64,000 bases of DNA, taken from contig OZ037765.1 in the NCBI GenBank assembly GCA_964035545.1, positions 35,178,080 to 35,242,079 on the forward strand, given 5' to 3'. Made by a program: the position numbers and the translations under genes. Positions 1 to 12,800 of this stretch are shown here, in pieces (positions within the stretch are counted from its first letter, which is position 1; every line of letters starts with the position of its first letter). The DNA is from Bugula neritina. Lineage: Eukaryota; Animalia; Bryozoa. The notes beneath the pieces were generated by a model. It was not told where the DNA came from and ran no database searches. It saw only the letters and a program-made list of their open reading frames with translations.

Positions 1-839
1 CCAACATATATGCATATATTAATCTTGTGTTGAATATATGTATAGAAATACTCAGTTCAAATTGCCACAAAATATTATTTATTCTTTCAAGAAACTTTCA
101 ACAACATACAAAAATAGATTGAACAAAAATAGATTAAATAATGAAGTTATTTTGCTAGCCATCAAAAACAGTTGTGCCAAAGAGCTGTTATCTAAAATAT
201 TATCACAAACAAAAATACAATATTATGCATCACATATGACAATATACCAAATATATAAAAATATATCATATATTATTATGTATTACAAGATTGTTGAGCA
301 ATAGTAAAAACATTACTTTAAAATATTTCAGAAGTCATTAAAACCACAATATAAAAATAAAAGTTTGTTTTACAACTCTGGAGATTGCTTTTAGCAGTTG
401 ATACAAAAGTCATGACTTTCTTTTGACATTTTCAATGACATTTTTTATGGCAATTATTTCAGTTGCTGAAAAATCTATAACAAACTGAAATTTCAAACAC
501 TTTTGAAAGTAAACCTTGCGTTCACATACCTCCTACTTATAGCCAAAAATAATCTTGTGTGCTATTATTAGATCAGCAATAATAAACCCTGCTAGGGATT
601 GCAACTCCAAAAAACCAAACCTTGCTTCTTTTTCACCATCATAACAATCAGATTAATAATGTGCCCATCTTGTAAAAAGTTTAAAACTGAGCGGCTGAGA
701 GAAAGAAGTGTGTAAATCATAAAACAAACTTTATAAGTACGTAGAAACTATATAGAACTAAACTTGTTAGCAGCACTTCGGTGTTGAGTGAGAAATCAGA
801 GAGATTATAAAGTGACATAACCTTGACGTGGAGTGGAGC

Positions 840-3800
840 CTATATAGGGTGCACCTTACCACTACAAATAAAAGCAGTAAGATCTCAGGCTTCAGGGGCC
901 ACTTTGTTTCTGAAACACAATGAGAGGACAATTCATAACGTGACTAAAGAAAGTATAACGATTTATACAGTAGGATTTTATGCTAAACAATTTTTATACC
1001 AATATGAGTAATTCAATTGATGGTTAGTGAAATAAATAATTACAATTTATCTTAAGTTAGTTATTTCATGAAAAAGTGATTCAAAGAGAGTTATTAAATA
1101 GCCATTTTGTTTCTCAGCTAGATACTGAAGCGATAGCCCATGCTAGTATAAACACACAGCAAGCTGATTGGTTGTTAGAGAAAACTTACGTGGTTGGTGG
1201 GCGGTAAGGTAAATCAGTTCCACTACAAAACAAGCGTTAGAGTTAAAAGCAAACCCGAGTTTAGTAGCAAGTAGTGTCATACTTGTAGTTATTATACTAA
1301 CACAACTCGGTGAGACTGAGTTCCCTACAGTTCAACACTTCAACTTGGTAGATACAATAATATTACATAGAGTAAATGATTGGATTGTTAACAGTCTAAC
1401 AGAGCAAGGTATGTTGCTTAGAGTTATGGTGACCCAACAGAAAGCTTCTGGTGAGGAGATAAACTTTGTGTTTCCAGTATTAACATTTACTGTTTATCAT
1501 TTAGTTTTGCTGGTGTGATGTTTACATAAAGTGCAGTTGAAATGATGCTAATAACATGGTCATACAACTCCTGACGAATTAAACCGTAATTCATTGGACG
1601 AGATTAATTAGGTCAAGTACGTTGAACTATTCATATCTAGATGAAAATAGACAGAAGTAGACAGAGAAAAGAAACATTAGAAATGGAAAAGTTGACAAAC
1701 AGTTTAATTATCTCAGAATCAGTGACTGAAGGCTATTGGTACAGATGAAGTTAGCAACACCCAAGTTAGAATAGGATAGAGGTGGATCAATAGAGAGTAT
1801 AAACTGAAGAACTTTAGTAAACTTCTTCAGCAGACTAAGAATCTGAGAGAATAGAACAGATATTGTTCAAACTTGGATATTTATTTTCAGTTAAAGAAGG
1901 TCAAGGTTATGTTTCATTCTTTCTTTGGCTGCTTAGGTTAACGCAGACATTGAAAGTCGGGAAAAATTTTTTCACAGAACTTTTGAAAACTAATTTTGTT
2001 TGATTGTCATAATACTTCTGATGTCATTTCCTGTGACGAGACACGAGTTACTATGACTTGTGTCAAATGAAGGAATTGACAGCAGGAGTGATATCTCTAA
2101 CAACTGAAGAGGGCAGATGGACAGAAGTAGTACTGCTCAGGGGGTTAGAAAAAGCCTGGGTAGTACTGCTCAGGGGGTTAGAAAAAGTATTATCTATCAT
2201 TAGAATGAAAACACTTCAAAAAAGCCGTTATTTAAACATAATGTTTGAACCTTTCTGGTCGGTATTTCCAATTGTCATCTTTACTCGGTGAACTGAAACA
2301 AAGAAAGATCTACTTTTGAAAGAAAAACCTGTTAAAGGGAATGTTTGTAAGGAAGAGGTGTTAATATTGTTTATACTTTCCAGAATATTGCAGTGTCGCC
2401 CTGAATGCTCATGAAACACCACATAGCATAAGATCTGAATGAAGTATTCTTTACTTACGGGTCATCAGGGTGAAGCTCCTTCATTATTCTGATGTGTTTG
2501 GCTAGTTTCACGGATAGAATCAGTCCTAACACCATGAAGGCAATAGACCAGCCCAGACTAAACCAGACACAGTTCTGCAAGAGAGAAGTGAGTTACAGCT
2601 TTACTATGTATACTTACTCTGTATACTTACACTACACACCTATACTATACACTTACACGGTATACTTACACTATATACTTACATTATATACTTACACTGT
2701 ATACTTACACTGTACACTTACACTATTGCTACTCTCTAGACAATGAAAATAAGCTGACTAGTACAGCAGCCATGTTTATGACTCACCCATGAGTCAATGA
2801 TAGATCCACAAAGAGTGTTCACCAAGATAGACTGATAGACATTGGAGATTGGCTTGCATTTCCCTAAACTGGTTCGAATTGTGTTGTTTACAAATGTAGC
2901 GTACTGTTCACCAACACCCACAACTCTGTATGCAAACTTGCTAGACTCCTGTGAAAATGTAACATACACTGACAGCTCAATGATATGAATATTCAATAAC
3001 TGAGTTCGATTACTGAAAATGTGATAATAAAAAATCGACACAATTTTCAAAAAGACGAGTTCAAATTAATGTAGAAAGAAAATGAATGAAATGAAATCAG
3101 CTTTTAATCAGCTAAGGGGATGCTTTGAACAGGCAGGAAGTTGCACTGAAAGAGGAAGTGATGACAATCAGGAATTGAGTAACATACGTTCTTGATGATT
3201 TGCTCTCCGTCAACCTGTAACACGGACTGTGTGCTCTCCAGAGCTGCAACGAGGGAGTCAATTTGATCGGGAACCGGGGTTGCTGTATTCTCCAGGTTCT
3301 GAACACTGATATACATTTCGTCCTGTGACGTCTTTACGTCTGCATAATCTTCTGCTTCTATTCTGTCCAACTCGGCAATGTGGTTTATGAGGTTAGCCTG
3401 GGGAAACAGACACAACTCAGCATATATATATCCTTATTTTATCATACAGGAATTTATGTCATCATAGTTATAACTGTCTCATATGTTGGCATCATTGCCA
3501 GTGGATAAATAAGTGCTTTATTTACAACAAAATGACAAAATCAACTGGCAAAAATTAATTCAACATATTGTCTCTTGACTTTTTAAATAAAAATAGAGTT
3601 GACATGTAAATACAGTATTTTGTATATACATACATGGCAGTACCTAAGGGGTTGGGTTAGTCTATACATACCGTACTACAGTACTAGAGTACAGTACTAC
3701 AGTACATTATACACATACAGTACTACAGTACAATATAGACACACAGTACTACAGTACAGTATACACATACAGTACTACAACGTACTACAGTACAGTATAC

Positions 3801-6800
3801 ACATACAGTACTACAGTACAGTATACACATACAGTACTACGGTACAGTATACACATACAGTACTACAGTACAGTATACACATACAGTACTACGGTACAGT
3901 ATACACATACAGTACTACGGTACAGTATACACATACAGTACTACAGTACTACAGTACTACAGTACTACAGTACTACAGTACTACAGTACTACAGTACAAT
4001 ATACACATACAGTACTACAGTACAGTATACACACAGTACTACAGTACTATAGTACAGTATACACATACAGTACTACAGTACTACAGTACAGTATACACAT
4101 ACAGTACTACAGTACAGTATACACATACAGTACTACAGCACAGTATACACATACAGTACTACAGTACAGTATACACATACAGTACTACAGTACAGTATAC
4201 ACATACATGCACAGTATCCAAAGGACTGGGTTGTCCTTGTGTGTTGGAGGCAGCATCCTGTAGAGTAGCTCTGAGACTCTGAAAGTCAGCGGTTACTGTC
4301 TGCTCCGAGAGCTCAGACTTAAGACCAGTGAAGTCAATACCGTCAATAGCATCTCGCATGCTGATCAGCTCAGTTTTGGTATCGGGACTAATGAGTTCAA
4401 TTGTGGAAAGGTCAACGCTGATCTTGTCTATCTCAGTGTCTACGTCAATTGTCTGCAACAGAAAGTAAGGCAGCGTGCTGACAAATTCTTGGTTTTAATT
4501 TTTTAATTGTTCAACCTGAATCATGGCTGAGCATAACTCTGCTTATCAGTCTCACATCCTTAGTAACTTAGTATCTACTCAGTAACTTATTCACAAGTCA
4601 TTCGTCTTTGAACTCACGAACCGATATAATCAATACACACAAGTTTACAAAGAAGTCTCACAATACTGGAGCAATGGGGAGAGTAGCGAATGAGATAATA
4701 GTTACTAGAAGTTAATCTAATATAATCCAAGCTATTAAAAGTTGCAGGTTATTGAAAGTTGTTATAAATTGAAATATTTTATTAGAAGATGTTACAAGAT
4801 ACTCAAAGCAATTTTGATATACTTTAAGCTATCATTAAAAGTCATCACTATCAAAAAGAAATATGTAATAAATTGTATTCGAGCTGAAGCCAACATAGTA
4901 TGCTCTGGTTTTGGTATTCTTACAGATTTGAAGTCTAGAACTTCGTTCAGATCAAAGAAGTTGTCAACGTAAAGGGCTTCCCAGGCTGATTTGTCGTTTT
5001 CACAGTCGGTGAGCATCCCAGAGACAGTGAGAGGAATAGAGGGGTCTCCAAATGCCATATCACCTAGCAGATACCCTTCCTGGTCTCCCAGAATGGTGGT
5101 GTGGGGGCCGGTGTCTGGACTTCCACCATCTATTAGCTGAGAGAGTAAAAAACCAACAATGCAGACACTGTATGCAGGGAGTATTTACTAGTAAAATATG
5201 ACTAGCAGAATAAGATTAGTAGAGTGTGACCAGTAGAGTGTGACTAACAGAGTGTGACTACTGGAGTGTGACTAGTAGAGTGTGACTAGTAGAGTATGAC
5301 TAGTAGAGTATGACTAGTAGAGTGTGACTAGTACACTGTGCATTACTATAGTAGAGTATGACTAGTAGAGTATGACTAGTAGAGTGCGACTAGTACACTG
5401 TGCATTACTAGTAGAGTATGACTAGTAGAGTGTTACTAGTAGAGTGTGACTAACAGAGTGTGACTAGTAGAGTGTGACTAGCAGAGTGTTACTAGTATAG
5501 TGTGACTAGTAGAGTGTGACTAGTGAGTGTGACTAGCAGAGTGTTACTAGTATAGTGTGACTAGTAGAGTGTGACTAGTAAAATGTGACTAGTAGAGTGT
5601 GCATTACTAGTAGAGTCAGAATGTTTGATAAAGAGACTTACATTTTTAAAAATGGTGTACTCCGGATCTCTGAGATTGACACAAGCGATCTCTTCAAGCG
5701 GAGCTCCGACAACATAAGTCAAGGTCACTAGCAGCATTATAAGGGATCCAAATATAAACACTAATCCCACAGACCTGCAACCGAGAAATCACTAGAGGTC
5801 CTTGTGCATTGTTTAGTGCAACTACCAACTAAATGTGTAACACAGTCTTAGTTATTGTCACAATCAATGATTATATTTATAGCAACAGTGACAGGCATAG
5901 TGATGGTTTTATTAGTCACAATGTATTTTAGTCCTTAGTACCAAACAAATTTGTGATTAATAGAGATCTACTGTAACTACAAGTGGAGAATGGTATAGAT
6001 CAAGTTTGTATAATTCTTAGTCATCATATAAGAAGCTAAACTCACGCCATCAGCAGGAGACCACCACAGTTACTAACTTTTCCTCTCTCTGTTGGCGTAC
6101 TGTTCTTATCACCACAGCAACAGCAGCCGAGGCAACCAAACACCAAACCAACCAGCTGCAGCAGGAATATTAGCAGCACGAAGCAAGTCAGTGCCACTCC
6201 TCCAGCCCACCTAAGATATCAAATCAGCAACTTTTTAGTTTGCTTTTGACAAATTTAATAATGTATTCGCAGTAGCTAACTAAATATTATTTTCACGGGC
6301 TTGAAAAAACCGCTATACTCCCCTCTCTCCTACTAGGCGTTGAAAACCACCTGGCTCAACCACCAGGAGATAAGGCAGCTGGTATAGCCACTTATCAGTG
6401 CTAAAGAACCTGGTGTAACCACTCAATACTGATAGTGATTGCAATACCTGTATGTTTCCAAATCATCAACTGTGAGACTTCCGGTGAGAGTCATGTTTCC
6501 AAGGTTACCTATGGTACTTGTAAGATTGGAAATTGAGTCAAAGAGGGTGAGCATGTCACTTACTCCCCCCAAAGCGTCTCCCACTACTGTTTCAAAGTCT
6601 GACACCATGCCAGTTATTGCTGAAATTCACATCACAGAAGATAAATTAACGGCTCTGCTTTGAGTCACATTAGACTTACAACAGAAGAAGTTTTAGAATC
6701 TAGAACTTCTTTTCACATTGTAACAAATTCTGCAGCACATTCTGAACATCATGCAGATTCTTTGCCTCAAACTATATCACATCACTGCTGGTTGAAACGT

Positions 6801-9800
6801 ATTATCACACAGAATTATTTATGCTGAAGCCATTTTGAAAATAACCAATAACTTACACATCCTCTGATAATATAAAATGTGTTATGGTAGTCCACTAGAC
6901 TGTACTAGACCACACCCCTAACTACTAAATCACACCCATTGCAGCTAGACCACACCCCTAACCACCTATACAACTAGACCAATGAGAAGTCAGTATTACC
7001 CTGAACAGTGGACTGGGACTCCGTCTCTACTCGCACTGAGATGTTGTCAAACTCCTCCTGTCCTTGAATCACCAGACCGGTTAGGTTGCTGTCTTGTACG
7101 TCTTCCAGATCCTGCAGCTCCGAGGAAAAGTCCGGCATCTGAAATAATTTACAAAATATATTGTCATAGTCATATTGTCACAGTGGTGTTGTCATATTGT
7201 CACAGTGGTATTGTCACAGTAGTATTGTCACAGTAGTATTGTCACAGTGGTGTTGTCACAGTGGTATTGTCACAGTGGTGTTGTCACAGTGGTATTGTCA
7301 CAGTGGTATTGTCACAGTGATATTGTCACAGTAGTATTGTCACAGTGGTGTTGTCACAGTGGTATTGTCACAGTGGTGTTGTCACAGTGGTATTGTCACA
7401 GTGGTATTGTCATATTGTCACAGTGGTATTGTCATATTGTCACAGTGGTGTTGTCACAGTGGTATTGTCACAGTGGTATTGTCACAGTAGTGTTGTCACA
7501 GTGGTATTGTCACAGTGGTATTGTCACAGTGGTATTGTCACAGTGGTATTGTCACAGTGGTATTGTCACAGTGGTATTGTCACAGTGGTATTGTCACAGT
7601 AGTATTGTCACAGTGTTGTTGTCACAGTAGTATTGTCACAGTGGTATTGTCACAGTGGTATTGTCACAGTGATATTGTCACAGTGTTGTTGTCACAGTGG
7701 TATTGTCACAGTGGTGTTGTCACAGTGGTATTGTCACAGTGGTATTGTCACAGTGGTGTTGTCACAGTGGTATTGTCACAGTGGTATTGTCACAGTGTTG
7801 TTGTCACAGTGTTGTTGTCACAGTGGTATTGTCACAGTGGTGTTGTCACAGTGGTATTGTCACAGTGGTGTTGTCACAGTGGTATTGTCACAGTGGTATT
7901 GTCATATTGTCACAGTGGTATTGTCATATTGTCACAGTGGTGTTGTCACAGTGGTATTGTCACAGTGGTATTGTCACAGTAGTGTTGTCACAGTGGTATT
8001 GTCACAGTGGTATTGTCACAGTGGTATTGTCACAGTGGTATTGTCACAGTGGTATTGTCACAGTGGTATTGTCACAGTGGTATTGTCACAGTAGTATTGT
8101 CACAGTGTTGTTGTCACAGTAGTATTGTCACAGTGGTATTGTCACAGTGGTATTGTCACAGTGATATTGTCACAGTGTTGTTGTCACAGTGGTATTGTCA
8201 CAGTGGTGTTGTCACAGTGGTATTGTCACAGTGGTATTGTCACAGTGGTGTTGTCACAGTGGTATTGTCACAGTGGTATTGTCACAGTGGTATTGTCACA
8301 GTGGTATTGTCACAGTGTTGTTGTCACAGTGTTGTTGTCACAGTGGTATTGTCACAGTGGTGTTGTCACAGTGGTATTGTCACAGTGGTATTGTCACAGT
8401 GGTATTGTCACAGTGGTATTGTCACAGCGTTGTTGTCACAGTGTTGTTGTCACAGTGTTGTTGTCACAGTGGTATTGTCACAGTGGTATTGTCACAGTGG
8501 TATTGTCACAGTGGTATTGCCACAGTAGTATTGTCACAGTGGTATTGTCACAGTGGTATTGTCACAGTGGTGTTGTCACAGTGGTATTGTCACAGTGGTA
8601 TTGTCACAGTAGTATTGTCACAGTGGTATTGCCATAGTGGTATTGTCACATTGTGTATCATGATCTTGTGATGTGTTGGCATTAGACAAAGAGCTATGCT
8701 ATATCATAGTATTATGCAATGCTATATCATAGTATAGTACAATGCTATGTCATAGTATAGTACAATGCTATGTCATAGTATAGTACAATGCTATGTCATA
8801 GTATAGTACAATGCTATATCTGGTTTAATTATGATAGCAAAGGACAATGAATCCTAACAACATGAGGTCACATTCTCCTCCTCTTTCAAAGAAAGTCAAA
8901 ATCTGATAGGTTAGATTGAGAAAATCACCAAAAACTAGTTCAAATAATGAGTCAGCGTATTTACATAAACCTGAGTTTGGGCCACTACAAGTTGTTAGTA
9001 GCTTGCTTGTGTGCAGAACCAAACTAATGCTGCATGATATACTTCTATTTGCTGACGTATGACTTACTTGACTCATTGTGACTTACTGTGACTTACACTA
9101 ATGTACTGTGACTTACTTTCATGTACTCTGACTTACTCTCATGTATTATTACTTACACTCATCTACTGTAACTTACACTAATGTACTCTGACTTACACTA
9201 ATGTACTGTGACTTACACTCATTTACTGTGACTTACTCTCATGTACTGTGACTTACTCTTGTCTACTGTGACTTACTCTCATGTACTGTGACTTCACTCA
9301 TGTACTGTAACTTACTCTCATGTAATGTGACTTACTCTCATGTACTGTGACTTACACTCATTTACTGTGACTTACACTTATGTACTGTGACTTACACTCA
9401 TGTACTGTGACTTACACTCATTTACTGTGACTTACACTTATGTACTGTGACTTACACTCATTTACTGTGACTTACACTTATGTACTGTGACTTACACTAA
9501 TGTACTGTGACTTACTCTCGTGTACTGTGACTTACTCTCATGTACTGTGACTTCACTCATGTACTGTAACTTACTCTCATGTAATGTGACTTACTCTCAT
9601 GTACTGTGACTTACACTCATTTACTGTGACTTACACTTATGTACTGTGACTTACACTCATGTACTGTGACTTACACTCATGTACTGTGACTTACACTTAT
9701 GTAATGTGACTTACTCTCATTTACGATTACTTACACTGTCAGGGTCAAAATTGGTGCCGGCTTTCAGGTCGGTGGTGTCGGGGGCTGAGCCGCATGTAGA

Positions 9801-12800
9801 GCCACACGTAGCGAATGTTGAGTCGATGTCCGTAGCCAGTTGAGTCATGGAGCTATCCAGCGCGGAGATGGAAGTTTTGATTGCCTGCTTTTTGTTCTCC
9901 ACGTCTGTCAGGTCGGCTATCATATTCACCAGAACTGAAAGAAGAAGGAAACCAGGCTAAACTGAAGGGTATGGTAGGCCTGTAACTGACAGAGTGATAC
10001 TATATACTGTAACTGATAGAGTAATACTATATACCTGTAACTGATAGAGTAATACTATATACTGTAACTGATAGAGTAATACTATATACTGTAACTGAGA
10101 GAGTAATACTATATACTGTAACTGAAAGAGTAATACTATATACCTGTAACTGATAGAGTAATACTATATACTGTAACTAAGAGAGTAATACTATATACTG
10201 TAACTGAAAGAGTAATACTATATACCTGTAACTGATAGAGTAATACTATATACTGTAAGTGAGAGAGTAATACTATATACTGTAACTGAAAGAGTAATGG
10301 TGTGGTGGTTCGTGGAACTACCAGCAGCACAACATGTAGGATCGCGTAATTGACCCGGAACAATGGATAGCCAATTAGCGTAGTTGATAGTTAGCAGCAA
10401 TTGTAGTTTCCCGCTGCTAAGTCAGTCGAAGCTAGAGTGTGAAATAGATTAGATGTGTAACTTGTTGGAAATAATGTATCGTGTTTTTATAATGTATAAT
10501 TGTGTATAAAATATACTCGTTCACTCGACTTAGCCTGGTGCAGTTCTATATTAGATAAATAGACTCTCTGGATAGCATATCAACCCTAAATCTGAAAACT
10601 ATAACAGTGGTGGCAGCGGTGGGATAGTGCATCCAAGATGGAGACTGAAAATGCTGAAACTCAACCACCGGCAATCGAAGGTGAGCGTAGAGACAATGCT
10701 GTAGAGACAATGCCTGTTAACCATGTAGTAGAAGAGCGAAGGGTTCCGCGAGAACTAGCTGAAGACCGCTACAGGTTAAAGGCGCCCACCTTCACGGGTG
10801 AAGAGGAGGTGGAACAATTTATCCAAGAGTTTAGCGACGTAATGGACGTCGCTCAGTGGCCCCCTAGGGTGGCCCTGCTGAAGCTTAGAATGGCATTGAT
10901 GGACAAAGCCAAGCCCTATGGGCTGGGCGTAGACATTGATAATATCTTTGCTTCTCTGCGGGCCCGCTTTGGCCTCTCGACTACAGATGCCAGGGCCCGA
11001 TTACAGAGGTTGCGGCGTGATCCCCGCACCCCGCTGCGGGAGCATGCCACCGCGGTCATGAAGCTGGCACAGATCGCGTACAGCGACTTGCCCCCAGTCA
11101 ACCGCGAGAGGTACACCCTCGACGCTTTCATAGCATCTGTCGACGATCTGGGTCTCCACCACCAGTTTCTAGCTAGGGGAGTCACCACCGTTGAAGATGC
11201 TCTGACTGAGGGGGAAGCTTACCTCCTAGCTAACCAAATGCATAAAAGTCGCGGAAGCTCCCGCCAAGTGGAGATAGACCGCGCAGACACGGCCGCGGGA
11301 CAAGGGGAGGAAACCCCCGCCGCGGCTGCCGTGTCCCAGTTGGCGACGGCATCAAAAGTCACTCAACTGACGGACATGCTAGCCAAGCTGATAGCAACAC
11401 TGACCCCACAAAACCCAGTGAGTACCGCCCCTGAGCCCATGCGGCCATTGGCGCCGCCACAGGGAGAAACAGTCAGTTTTTGCTGGGAGTGCGGAAATCA
11501 AGGACATTTCCGCCGATATTGTCCCTTCCTAAATCAGGGGTTAAACTACCGCGGCCCGCAGATGTTCCCACCTTCCGCGGGCCGACGAAACCTCTAGGGA
11601 AGAAGAAACGCAGGTCACCCAGACGGGCACCGCGTACTGGCAACCAACAGTGGCAACAGCCGCGACGGACCAGCAAGGGGCTTCGCCCCGCGGCTGCCTT
11701 TTCTATGCCCCTTCACAACAGATTCACAGGGCTACAAGTCCAAGAATCTGGATGGGAGCACACAAAGGTAGCTGAGAAACCAGCCTCGGCACCCCCGAGG
11801 CCTACCCATCACCGCCCCAAGAGACCTCCTTCGCGACCCAAAGCGAGGGAGGTACTCCCTGCGAGAGTCAGGCCTGAAGGGAGAGTTCAGGTGCAGCCCC
11901 ATGGGAACAGCTATTTCTTGCCCGGTAAACTGGAAGGCAAAGCTGTTACTTTTCTCATTGATTCGGGCTGTACCACAAACCTCTTAAGCCGCCAACTCTT
12001 CGACACCCTCAGTGCTAGGGTCAGGGGCGAGATGGAAGCATACGAAGGGGAATACGGCACCCTAGCTGACGGGTTGTGCCTTCCCTTCTATGGTATAATT
12101 GAGCTGACGGGACGAGTCCGCGATCAAACGATCCAAGAGACGTTCATCGTCAGTCAGCTCAAGGAGGATGCTATCCTCGGGATGCCGTTCCTTAAACGGC
12201 ACGGATGTCACATAGATTTTAGCAGATCTGCAATGATGATGTCCGGGCGGGAACTCGCCTGCGTCGACAAGTTCGGCTGCCCTTTAGTGGGAGGTGTGCA
12301 AGTGGTACGCAACCGTACCATACCAGGCCGCTCCCGGGCTACCATTCACTGCAGGGTGAATAGTAGCCGGATCTCTGGACTCGGGGTGGTTGAAGGCGCG
12401 CACGAAAAGATCCAACTTGCCAGCAGTCTGAATCAGCTGACTGAGCAAGGGGAGATCTTAGTGCAGTGCGTCAACCCCTTTACCGAGCCTATCAAGCTCC
12501 CGGCTGGGTCGATGCTGGGCCGTTTTCACTCTGTTCAAGAGGGAGACGTAGGCCCGTCGCTGGGTGATGCGACAGAGGCCCCCCCTCGACACCCTATTCA
12601 GGGACGAGGGGCAGTCCCAACACATCTCCGGGAGTTATACGAGACGGCCAGTGGTGGCTGCGCGAGTAACAGAGAGCGCCAAGCTATGGCCAAGTTACTA
12701 CGCGACTACGGTGATGTGTTCAGCAGCGGAGAGCATGACGTGGGACTGACTGGAATTGTCAGACACGAAATACCGCTGACTGCAGGGACAGTCCCTGTCC

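Noticed and set aside
38-304. 88-aa ORF at the window start
   Set aside because: Very AT-rich and without motifs; probably antisense to the prominin 3' UTR
3599-4282. 227-aa Tyr/Thr/Ser-rich ORF
   Set aside because: Minisatellite translation antisense to a prominin intron
7247-8671. Multiple long ORFs with repeating VVLSQWYCHSG
   Set aside because: Translation of a 14-bp intronic minisatellite in all frames; no evidence of coding
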